Positions 29,914 through 42,026 of a stretch of DNA of 64,000 nt are shown piece after piece. The notes beneath the pieces are model-generated. The model saw only the letters and a list, made by a program, of their open reading frames with translations, did no database searches and was not told the origin of the DNA. How positions within the stretch are numbered: the first letter of the stretch is position 1; each line of letters opens with the position of its first letter. This DNA is from Mobula birostris. Taxonomy: Eukaryota. Where the stretch lies: the NCBI RefSeq assembly GCF_030028105.1, contig NC_092396.1:31437474-31501473 (forward strand), in the 5' to 3' direction. Position numbers and translations under genes: made by a program.

Positions 29914-31323
29914 TCAGGGCTTCACAGAATTTAAACAGCATGGAAACCGACCTTGTGGCCTACCAAATTCAGGGTGGCTACTGAGATCCCAGGCTATGCC
30001 GATCCCAGTTTGTTATTCTCTCCATGTTCCCATCAACTCTCCATACATTCTACCACTTATCCACACACCAGATGCAATTTAAACCACCCAGTTAACTTAC
30101 CAGCCCTCATTTGTTTGTAATGTGGGATGGAACCCAGAGATCAGGAGAAGAAACAGAGATTAGGATTCGGCCCGTGACACTGCAGCTGTGGGTCAGTAGC
30201 TCTGTCAGTTGGCCCATGTTCACTACTGATCTGTCAGTCAGATCAGAAGACCGTACAACATGTGAATCCGAAACCCAACTTCACCTTACGTCTTCAGTCC
30301 CATATCCCCCATTCTCTCGCCTAAACTTTCAGTTGCCCTCAGGAATTTTATGGGAAGACATTTCCAGATTGTCCAAGGAAGCATTTCCATGTATCACCCC
30401 ATCCACCAGCTTCAGCTTTTATGTAATTTTAAAGCTTATGAAGTGAAAGATTTAGCTGTGCACTGGAAGTATCAGTAAATTCCCTTCTTGGTTTCAAACA
30501 TGTCTAACAGTAAACACATATAAAAAATACTGCTACCATTCCCCCGATGAGTCAATAGGGAAACTACTGCCAAGTGGGGAAGTTCATTTTAAATTTATTC
30601 ACTATTTTGAATGTAGGATCACTGGTCAGACAAGCACTGATGGCCCTTCAGAAGGGAGTGGGTGAACTATTCCTTTAACCACTGTGGTGCTTCTGGTGAA
30701 TTTACTATCACAAAGCGGTTGGTAGGAAGTTCCAGGAGTGCCAAATTGAACTAATCCCTTTTGCTTCCACATGGTCCATATCCTTCCATTCATTGCAGAT
30801 GTTCTTGGTGATAGATGTCACACATTTGGGAGATACCAATGGAGGAAGAACTGCAGTGCACTTTATGGACAGCACACAGTTACAGACAGTAACTGTGCAC
30901 GTGCAATGGATGTCTGAAGTGATGGAAGGGATGCCGGTGAAGTGGACTGCGTTCTCCTGGACAGTGTTGGGGTTCTTGAGTGTTGCTGGATCTCCATTCA
31001 TCCGGGCAAGTGGAGAGCATTTCAATTCACTTGTGTCTTGTAGATGATGGAAAAGCTTTGGTAAGTCAGGAGTAAGCAACTTGCCACAACGTACCAACCC
31101 TCTTATCTGCTTCTGTTCCCAATGTGTTTGTTTTTTATTTATTTATAGATACCATGCAGAATAGGTCCGGCTGGCCCTTTGAGATGAGCTGCCAGCAACC
31201 CACCAACTTAATAGCCAAACCACAGGACAATTTACAATTAACCTACTAACCGGTATATCTTTGGACTGTGGGAGGAAACCGGAGCACCCGGAGGAAACCC
31301 ACGCATTCGTTTGGAGGTCTTAC

Positions 31324-31865
31324 AGAATACAAGGTATTGTTCCTCCAACCCCAGTCTGGCCTCATCGTGACAGCCATAGCCACCCATTTTAATTCCACTT
31401 CCCATTCCCATTCAGATATGTTACACCTTATTTGGATAGCCTCCAACCTGATGGCATGAACATCGATTTCTCAAATTTCCAGTAATGCCCCCCACCCCTC
31501 TCCTTCACAATTTCCCATCCCCTTTCCCCTCTCTCACCTAATCTCCTTGCCCACCCATCTCCTCCCTCTGGTGCTCCTCACTCCTTTTACTTTCTTCCCT
31601 GGCCTTCTGTCTCTTTCACCAATCAACTTCCCAGCTCTTTATTTCATCCCTCCCCCTCCAAGTTTCACCTATCATCCTGTGTTTCTCTCTCCCCTCCCCA
31701 CCTTTTAAATCTACTCCTCGGCTTTTTGTCCCTCAGTCCTACCAAAGGGTCTCGGCCCAAAACGTCGACTGTACTCTTTTCCATAGATGCTGCCTGGCCT
31801 GCTGAGCTCCTCCAGCATTTTGTGTGTGTTGCTCGGATTTCCAGCATCTGCACATTTTCTCGTTT
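31324..31865 (+). mobile_element. Penelope-like element 3' fragment
   Basis: IATHFNSTSHSHSDM remnant, a polypyrimidine 3' region, and a pLTR with a degenerate hammerhead at 31734-31771. Confidence 0.8.
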
Positions 31866-32630
31866 GTAGCAGAATCATATTTGAAAGAAGTAGTAGTAAA
31901 AGAAGCAGTTTCATGAACTGTCTGAAGGACGTTGCCTTTGGTCACATTGTTTGCTGGTGCCATCTTCTTCCGTTCTTGGGCCTGGTTTACTCCTGCTGTT
32001 GTAATCCTGCTAGCACAACTCGCAGCTTGGCTAGAGGCATGGCCAATGCTAAGGTGGACATTTTTTGTGTTACAGACAGCATCTGCTTTCATGGACTGGA
32101 TGGTTAGATTAGCTCTCAGCTGCTTTTTTATAATGTGTGGAACTGAATGGACGGCAGCCATTCAAGTATCAGGTCCAACCAAACAATCCTAGTTTCAGTC
32201 CCTCAGTTGCCTTGAATTAATTTATTTGAATCAGTGCAAGAACTGAAATGTTACAAACTGGTGGTAGTTCAGCTGGTAAAGCTGCTGCCTCACAAAATGA
32301 CCTGAGGGATTCAATCCTGACCCTGGCTACTGTCTATATGGTGTTTACATGTATAGCCTGTGATTATTTGTGTTTTTCAAAAATATCAGAAACATTCAGA
32401 TGTGATGAGATTGATTTAGAGGGCCCTTGACTTAGTGATGTCAACACTCAGTGCTTTAAGAAGACAATCCACTACTGTATTCCCTGGCCAATAAATCCCC
32501 AGTCACGTTCACAAAATAAAAGATTCATCAGTTCCTCCAGTATTTTGTGTGTGTTCTTCAAGATTTCCAGCATCTGCTGAATCTCTTGTGTTAACTATCG
32601 ATCTTCTCCAAAAAAAAATGGGACTGATAG

Positions 32631-33707
32631 ATGTCCTCCTTTTTTAAAGGAAGGGGCTTCCCTTCCTCCACCATCAACTCTGCTCTCAAACGCATCTCCC
32701 CCATTTCATGCACATCTGCACTCACTCCATCCTCCCGCCATCCCACTAGGAATAGCAGACATCCCACCCTGCAAAAACTCATTTCAGGGAGGTAGCACCA
32801 TCAATTTGCAGGAGACTCCTGGAACTTGCGGGAGAGCTGGGATGTCTGCAATAGAGTAGCTCCTTAGCAGCTAGCCAGCTAGTTTAAATAACGTTAGCTA
32901 TGCTAATGAACGAATGACACCTGTTAAACTCACCTCAACATGTCTTTTACAGTCTAACCCACCATGGGCAATAGAAACCAGCAGGCCAGGCAGCATCTCT
33001 AGGAAGAGGTACAGTCGACGTTTCGGGCTGAGACCCTTCGTCAGGACAACTGAAGGAAGAGCTAGTAAGAGATTTGAAAGTGGGAGGGGGAGGAGGAGAT
33101 CCAGGGGGAGATCGTTTCGCTGAACACCTACGCTCTGTCCGCCAGAGAAAGCAGGATCTCCCAGTGGCCACACATTTTAATTCCACGTCCCATTCCCATT
33201 CTGATATGTCTATCCACGGCCTCCTCTACTGTAAAGATGAAGCCACACTCAGGTTGGAGGAACAACACTTTATATGCCGTCTGGGTAGCCTCCAACTTGA
33301 TGGCATGAACATTGACTTCTCAAACTTCTGCTAATGCCCCACCTCCTCCTTGTACCCCATCTGTTATTTATTTATATACACACATTCTTTTTCTCTCTCT
33401 CCTTTTTCTCCCTCTGTCCCCCTCACTATACCCCTTGCCCATCCTTTGGGTTTTCCTCCCCTCCCCCTTTTGTCCCATGATCCTCTCATATCCCTTTTGC
33501 CAATCACCTGTCCAGCTCTTGGCTCCATCCCTCCCCCTCCTGTCTTCTCCTATCATTTCAGATCTCCCCCTCTTCCTCCCACTTTCAAATCTCTTACTAG
33601 CTCTTCTTTCAGTTAGTCCTGACAAAGGGCCTCGGTCTGAAACATCGACCGTACCTCTTCCTTGAGATGCTGCCTGGCCTGCTGCGTTCACCAGCAACTT
33701 TTATGTG
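32631..33707. mobile_element. Composite Penelope-like insertion with 12-bp TSD
   Basis: TGGGACTGATAG at 32619-32630 and 33708-33719. It contains a PLE RT/linker remnant, a DNA-transposon-like piece, an inverted pLTR, the GIY-YIG endonuclease C-terminus (GDRFAEHLRSVR..PVATHFN..LEEQHFICRLGSLQLDGMNIDF) and a 3' pLTR. Confidence 0.85.
33012..33052 (-). ncRNA. Minimal type I hammerhead ribozyme motif (Penelope-like pLTR), catalytic core intact
   Basis: The minus strand reads CAGTT-GTC CTGACGA A GGGT-CTCA-GCCC GAAAC GTC GAC-TG. This gives stem I (GUC/GAC), CUGANGA, stem II, GAAA, palindromic ACGU in place of helix III, and a GUC cleavage triplet. Confidence 0.75.
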
Positions 33708-35002
33708 TGGGACTGATAGCTGTTCTCCAGGCCTTGAATCTCTGATCTAGTTTGAGGTTTGGGTTACAGAGAAAGAATATTTCCACTGGCACTCGACTGT
33801 AAGTGAGATGCTAACCATAACTTCCTTAAATGATCTTTGCAGCTTTAACATTCAGAATTCTGTCAAAGACTTGAACATGTTCCACAACAAATGTGGTCAA
33901 TTTAATGTGAAGTCCTTTGCAACATCATCCTGAGGTTACATAAATGGAAATCTTCATATCTAACTTGCTGGTATGGGACACAGATTGTCCGACGCATCTA
34001 CCAACTCACTTCATATGTAAAGTGTTGCACTTAGCAACATCCTGAACATAAGAAAGAAAATATTTTAATTCCGATTTTTTACCCAACTGTCAGACCTGAT
34101 TCACACATTGTAATTGTAAATAAAAAAGTTTCACTTCTCGTTAAGAGGACGTTTCAGTTCAGCATCCGCCCAGCCAGACAGATGCACTCTCCTCACTTCC
34201 AACGGAAATGTACTTAGACCTTTTTATTTAGAACTTAGATCTTGAAAACCACAAGAAACCAAGGGGCTGAGATAGTGTTTCTATTTTCATGGTCCATCAG
34301 TAGCTTGAGGGCAAATCGCAATTTCCCAATTGTTCTCTCAGCAGGTTTTTGGCCAAAGAGAACTTTTACTGCTTTTCCTGGCAAGATGCTTGGATTCCTC
34401 CCATTGGCAACCAGCTGTCTCCCCCGGTCCAGTTCGAAGAAACCAAGTGTCTGCCTCACTAAACAGAATCGTACTGAACAGGCTGCCTGCATCACTCCAA
34501 CTCACCCCAATCAACCATCTCCCCAGGACAGTTTCCACACCCAGGCCTGCTCCAAGATATGCCAAACAGCCATCTGCCCATCTCCACCCACAAAAATTTG
34601 CTCCCATTCTGCCTATGATACACATGAACCAAACTATTTACTTCAACTTGTACCACGTGGCCACCCACCACAACCCATTTATTATTCCAACTCTAACCAT
34701 TCAACAGTTTATCCCACTCCATCCCTCCCCAGTTGGTTTATCTATGTACTCTGTATCAACAAACCCTCCTGAATGCAACAAACATATGCTACTCCTTCTA
34801 AGCCTTCAGCAGCTTGTCAATGAGCAGATTCATTCTCAGCCAGCCAGTTTACTACACTACACACTCCATGCCAACAAGTTGTCTAGCTCACTTCATCTCT
34901 TATCAACCAGTTTCTGTCCTCCACCTCTGCCCCACCCAACCAAACTGGCAGCTGCTGCAGTTTACCCCATACTAAACCGCTATCTACCCCAGTTTATTTC
35001 CT

Positions 35003-35300
35003 ACCAACCAGCTCTCTGCCCCAATTCCCATCACACCAACCAGCACTCTGCCCCACTTCCCATCACACCAACCAGCACTCTGCCCCACTTCCCATCACAC
35101 CAACCAGCTCTCTGCCCCAATTCCCATCACACCAACCAGCACTCTGCCCCACTTCCCATCACACCAACCAGCTCTCTGCCCCAATTCCCATCACACCAAC
35201 CAGCACTCTGCCCCACTTCCCATCACACCAACCAGCTCTCTGCCCCACTTCCCATCACACCAACCAGCTCTCTGCCCCACTTCCCACCACACCAACCAGC
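35003..35300. repeat. 32-bp minisatellite, 9 full copies plus a partial
   Basis: Unit ACCAACCAGC(T/A)CTCTGCCCCA(A/C)TTCCCATCAC starts every 32 bp from 35003 to 35259. Confidence 0.95.
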
Positions 35301-36314
35301 CTTCCCCAATCACTGCCACTTCCCAGTCCAGCCACCACCGACAAGCCACTTCTCCCACAGCACCAGCTGTTTGCCCCACAGCACCTGTACCAACCAAGTG
35401 TTTATCCCACACAATCCCAACAAACCAAGTGAATGCCCCGCTCCAGGCTGGAATTGGGGTTGAGAGGAAAAATGGATCAGCCATGATGAAATGGCGGAGC
35501 AAACGCGACGGGCCAATAGCTCAATTCTGCTCTTGTGTCCTCTGGTATCAATCATCCACTTCTTACTTTTGTCCCAAACTAACCAGCTATGAGCTTTACC
35601 CCACTAGAGACCCACCTGTTATCTACCCCTTCCCACTTTAAATCTTTCAGCGGACTCCCCACTCTTCCCCAGCTGTCCCTTCCATTCTCTCCACTGCATC
35701 CATACTGACCAATCTGCCCATCTCTGTTAATCCCACTTGTCTGCTTTAGGCACTTACCCCTCCAACAAGTACCAATTCAATTGCCATTTAAACATCGTCA
35801 TTGCATCTGCCTCCACTGTCTCTTCAGTCAGCTTGCTCCAAATATTGTGTGAAAGACTTGCCCTTCGGATCTCCTTTAAATTTCTCCTCTCACGTTAAAC
35901 CTGTCCTCCTCGTCCTAAACTTCCCCTTCCTGGGATAAAAGATTCTGGTGACCTATCCCATGTATGCCTACATAAGCAAACTAAGTAATCTTTTCACTCC
36001 ACTACCCAGCTGTATCATCACATTCAGAAAACTATGGACATGGATCACAAGGTCTCTCTGTACATCAGCACTTTCTAAGGTCCCTGTGTTTACTTTATAC
36101 AGTACATCCCGTCAGAATTTGACCTCTCAAAGTGGATTACCTCACACCCATCTGGATTAAATTCCATCCAATATTTCAACTCACTAATGTGCAATGTTAT
36201 CCTTAAATTCTCTTGTTCATTACTACAGCTCCACTAATTATTGTGTATGTGCAGACTTACTAATCATATTCCATGCATTTTCAGGTTACTGGCCGTGTGA
36301 ATACCCGTTGTTTT

Positions 36315-37150
36315 CAAAGTTCAAGTAAACTTATTATCGAGGTACATATATGTCAAATACAACCCTGAGATTCATTTCCTGTGGGCATACTCAATAATTC
36401 CATAGAATAATAACCATAACAGAAACAATGTAAGTAAGTACGTGTTTGGGACAGCATTGTGGGCTGAAGGGCCTGTATTGTGCTGTAGGTTTTCTATGTT
36501 TCTTTCTTTGTAATGAAAGACCGCACCAACTTGGGCATTCAACCGCTGTGCAAAAGACAACAAACTGCGCAAATACAAAAAGAAAGAAATAGTAACAACA
36601 AATAAGTAAGCAATAAATAGCGAGAACGTGAAATAAAGAGGTCTTGAAAGTGAGCCGGAAGGTTGTGGGATTGGTTCAATGATGGACAAGTGAAGTTGAG
36701 TGAAATTATCCCCTTTGGTTAAGAGCCCGATGGTAGCAGCATGAACAGAGCACGTCCTGGGTGATGGAGGGTCCCTGATGATGGATGCTGCTTTCCTGCA
36801 ACAGCGTTTTGTGTAGGTATGCTCAATAGTGACTTTACCTGTGATGGTCTGGGTTATATCCAATACTCTTTGTAGGATTTTCTGTTCAAGGGAATTAGTG
36901 TTTCCATACCAGGCTATGATGTATCCAGTCAATATACTCTCCACTACACATCTATAGAAGTTTGTCAAAGTTTTAGATGTCATGCTAAATCTTTGCACAC
37001 TCCTAAGAAAGTAGAGGCACTGCTGTAATTGCACTCACATGCTGGGCACAGGTTGGGTCCTTGGAAATAATACTGAGGACTTTAACGTTGCTGACCCTCT
37101 TCACCTCTGATCCTCTGATGAGGACTCTGGTTTCCTATTCCTGAAGTTTA
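36315..37150 (-). mobile_element. Rex1-like LINE 3' fragment
   Basis: LYFLRSVQRF...LTNFYRCVVESILTG..AWYGN...RKAASIIRDP. Confidence 0.75.
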
Positions 37151-38202
37151 GGAGCATGCTAGAGGGAGAAAAACTTATGGGGCTCCAGGCAAAGAGCTGG
37201 TGGATAGGATTGACCAGATAGTCTTACAGGGAGCTGGCTTGATGCGCCAAATAAACTCTTTCCATATTGAAAAAAGATTGCCAAACTCTTAACTGCTCCC
37301 ATCTGATTGATGTTTGCAGAACATACCTGACTTCTGTCATTGAAACTGCTGGAGTCCTACACACAGGAGCCAGAGCACCCTTCAAAAATGCAGGCAAATT
37401 TGAATAAGGTGACTGGGAGGGGAGAATGGAAAGATAAAGGTGGAAATGCCAATGAGAGAGAACAGAGGAATACTGTGTGATAATGAAGACAGTAATACTT
37501 CAGTGGTCTACCACTGATTAATTATATACCCTGATGCTTTGGCCAATTCCATCAAATTATCCACACACACCAGCCTCTTGATCCATAAGTATAACCATCC
37601 AATATTTTCACTTGTGATTCCCCACAACACTCAGATTATAATAACCCTACTCTGTATTTTATTTTATTGAGGCATGGCAAAGAGTAGCTCCTTCTGGCCC
37701 TTCGAGCCAATTACCAATTAACCTACCAACTGGTACATCTTTGGACTGTGGGAGGAAACCGGGGCACTCGGGAAAACCACATGGTCATGGAGAGAACATA
37801 CAAGCTCCTTACAGGGCGCGGTATTAGTATTGGTTTACTATTGTTACCGTGATACAGCAAGAAAGCTTGTCTTACATACTATTTATAGAAATCAAATCAC
37901 AGTGCACTGAGGTAAATCAACAACACTGCAAAATAAAGTTTAACAGCTGCAGAGAAAATGCAGTGCAGGTAAAAACTAAGGTGGAAGATCAAGGAATCTC
38001 TCTGGTTGTACTTGACGCACATGGGTATTTTGAATCTGCTTGCATCAGCAACCACTGGTGCCCCAAGCTGTGAATTGGCACGTCTTAATGGGTGAGGGAC
38101 AGGAGAATGGTTACTTTAGAATCAGAGCCTCAGGGAATGGGTGGATTGAGCAGAAGGAAGGTGATCTCCAACAGCAGAGAAAGAATCTATAATTGAATTA
38201 CA

Positions 38203-39035
38203 GGGAGGTGGAGCGAAGTTAAGATGGCGGCAAACGGTGACTCCTTTACTTGCATCTTCGGAAACAGCTCTATTTTCATCTTTAATATCTTTATTTTTCC
38301 CTTTCAGGGTTCTTTTGAAGACCCAACCTGGAGTTACACGCTGACTACGGTTCTTTGCGGGAATGGGACCCGCTCTCGGGGCTTCAGGACTGGCCATTGT
38401 TTGGCATGGCAAGGGTTTGGCCTGACAGTCCAGCTTGAATTCGGAAGCCTAAGATCTCAGGACTCTGGGGACGGCTGGATCAAAGGTCGGTGTCACGGCA
38501 GGAGACGCATGTGTCGTTGGGGGAGTCGGAAAACCTACTGCTGTGGGCCTGAAGATCCGGGATCTTTGCGATTTTCAGGCACAGAGCTCGAAAAAAGTGA
38601 TGTAACGGATTTTTAACATCGGAAACCAGAGAGTTACTTGTTACATCTCCCCGCTCGCTGGGAAAATGGAGACACCTCTTTCTCCCTTATTAGGGAGAGA
38701 GAGAATCTGCGGTATGTCAAATGCCGAGTGAAACTCAAAGTCTTTGGGGTAAATGCAAGTCTGTGTCTTTGCTATTGTTTTGCTCACGCTTGAGTGCTTG
38801 GTGGTGGGTGCTGATGCTATTTTTTGCTGGTGGGGGGAAGGGGGGGGGATTATTGTTCCCTGCCGCTTACACACAGGAGGGAGGGGAGTTGGGGAAGGGG
38901 GGGACTTTGGGGTTCTTACATTTGACTGTCGTTTATTCTTTGGGGCACTTCTCTGTTCTCATGGATGTTTGCGAAGAAAAAGCATTTCAGGATGTATATT
39001 GTATACATTTCTCCGACAGTAAATGTACCTTTGAA
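38203..39035 (+). mobile_element. Non-autonomous retroposon with a CpG-rich 5' end and Rex1-like 3' tail (a similar element lies at about 684-1340)
   Basis: Both start near AAGATGG(C/T)G and end in gtatatt/gtataat...aaatgtac(c)tttgaa, a tail shared with Rex1 fragments in the window. Confidence 0.5.
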
Positions 39036-39704
39036 TGACAAGAAGAGGTGCACTCTGTGCACAAACATCGTAGAATCGGGCACTACAAAGTGTTGCATTA
39101 ACATCAGGTCCTTCAGCGCAGCACAGTGACGCAGCCAGTGGAGCTGCTTGCTTCCCAGCTCCAGAGACGCAGGATCAATCCTGACCCAGTGCTGTCTCTG
39201 TGGAGTGTGTACATTTTCTCTGTGATTGCACAGGTTTCACTTGGACGCTCTAGTTTCCAGTAGATTAACTTGCCACCGTAAATTGGCCCTTGTGCAGTTT
39301 AATAGGAGAATCCGGGAGAAGTTGGTGGAAATGTGAGGAGAATAAGTTACAGGAAAAATTAATGGGGGGCTGAGACTGCTCTTTGAGCTGGTATAGACTT
39401 GATGGAACAATTAGATGCCTATATAGGAAGGAAATATTGAAATAATATAGATCTGTCAGGTTTCAATAGCCATCTACTATCATTTCACTAACGGCTATAA
39501 GAGGGAATGCTATAGGTGTTCCTCAGCTTGGCTCCCATTCTTCATTTTGTTCCACAACATTGCCTAGAACTGTGCTTGTATGAAGGTTGGCTGAAGGTCC
39601 ATTGGGTTCATTTAGCAGGCAATAGGGTTCACCTGGGCAATGATGCCCTCTACAGTTGAGTGGGCCATTGCCACTAAGTGCCACAGTTCCTGCCTGAAAC
39701 TCTA

Positions 39705-40088
<384 letters not shown>

Positions 40089-42026
40089 CTACTAGTAGAC
40101 AGTGCATGGGTGTTTATCACCTGCTGGGAATTACTCAACGTATTTCTGAACATCCATGAACACCACCTCACTATACTGCAGATGCTGGAAATCCAAAGCA
40201 ACACACACACAAAATGCTGGAGAAATTCAGCAGGTCAGGCAGCATCTATGGAGGGAAATGAATAGTTGATATTTTGGGCCAAGACTCTTCATCACAATTG
40301 GTTAAAAAAAAGAGGAAATATAATGCAGAAAAATGAGAGATCATCCAAAATATAAAAGCAGAATATTTTTGAAATGGTGAGAAATTAAAAGGTATTTGTT
40401 TTTAAAGGGACTGGGTTATCCTTATGTAATTGTTTATTTGGGTGGCGGGGTGGAGGTACATCTCTACCAAAGGAGATGTAAGGTGCTCCTTCCCTCCACC
40501 AGCCTGCAGGTGCCCCTTGGGCAAAGTGTAGCACCTGCTTAGCCCTCGATCAGGGTCACATGAAGCCCTGGACGCAGGTGGTGGACGGTCGTATGAGCAG
40601 CCAGTGCATATCACGTCTTGGTTATGCGACCACCGCCAGACAATCTCTGACGAGTATTGATAATGGCTGGGGCCACTCGTCTTGTGAAGACACTGCCCAG
40701 AAGAAGGCAATAGCCAACAATCTCCGTAGGAAAATTTGCTAAGAACAATCAGAATCAGAATTATTATCACCGGCATGTGACGTGAAATTTGTTAACTTAG
40801 CAGCAGCAGTTCAATGCAATACATAATATAGAAGAAAAAAAGTAATAACTAAATCTTATTCAGTATACTTTATACAGTATACGTATATTGAATAGATTAA
40901 AAATCATGCAAAAAACAGCAACATTATATGTATTAAAAAGAAAGTGAGGTAATGTCCAAGGGTTCAATGTCCATTTAGGAATCGGATGGCAGAAGCTGTT
41001 CTTGACCATGATCACCTATGTCATACAACACAGCACATAACGATGACAATGATGAATGATTTACTAAAATTTTACAGGCAATTTAGAAGCCTAATGGGAC
41101 ATTGGCGCTTAGTCCAATGGAATTTAAATTGAAAAATAAAGATGTATAAATACAATTATTCAGAGCTCTGGTGAAGCTGCATATGGAATATTGTGTTTAG
41201 ATAGTCAACGTGGACTCAGATGGATGAAGGGTCCCTTTGGGTGCTTATCCTTCTGTATGGCCTCCTGATCCTAGTGAGGGATACATCTGTTGTACAGGGT
41301 GTACAGCGATAGTTCACCATTTGATTCCTGAGACCAGGGTTTTATATTATAAAAAGAGAATACCCAGACTCGCCTCATAGTCTCCAGCATTTTGAACAGC
41401 AAGATCTCACTAAACGGCACAAATTCTGACGGTGCCTGATGGAGCGTGTGCAAGGGTGAGGATTGAACTGACTGGCATGTCCAGAACCGGGGGTCACAGT
41501 CTCAAACTGTAGGGTTAGCCACTCTTTCTCAGATGAGAAGGAATGGGTCTTTGTAATTTTTAACCAAGAGGGCTGTGGAGGATTAGTCGCCGAGGTTGAT
41601 AAACTTTTGGATATTAAAAGGATCAAAGTATAAGGGGTCGGTGCAAGAAATTCATGCCCAGGTAGATAAGCAGCTATGATCTTACAGGACATGCAGAAGG
41701 GGCAGAATGGCCTGCTATGTTTACTTCTCATGTTTTAAATGTTGTCTATGCTTCCTTCTCACCTGCACCCTTGCCCTCCATACCCCTACCATCCATGTAC
41801 CTAACCAAACTTCCCTTAAACGTTGAAATCGAGCTTGCATACACCACTTGCGCTGGCCGCTCATTCCACACTCTCATGACCCCCCTAGTGAAGAGGTATC
41901 CCCTCATGTTCCGCTTAAACTTTTCACCTTTCACACTTAACCCATGACCTCTGGTTGTAGTTCCACCCAACCTCAGTAGAGAAAACCTGCTTGCATTTAC
42001 CTCATCTATACCCCTCAATTTTGTAT

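Noticed and set aside
35003-35300. CRISPR-like 32-bp repeats
   Set aside because: The units are contiguous with no unique spacers, there are no cas genes, and the context is vertebrate.
34330-35463. 377-aa Pro/His/Ser-rich ORF
   Set aside because: It is open because the C-rich minisatellite lacks stops. The 32-bp unit cycles through frames, and it is antisense within an intron.
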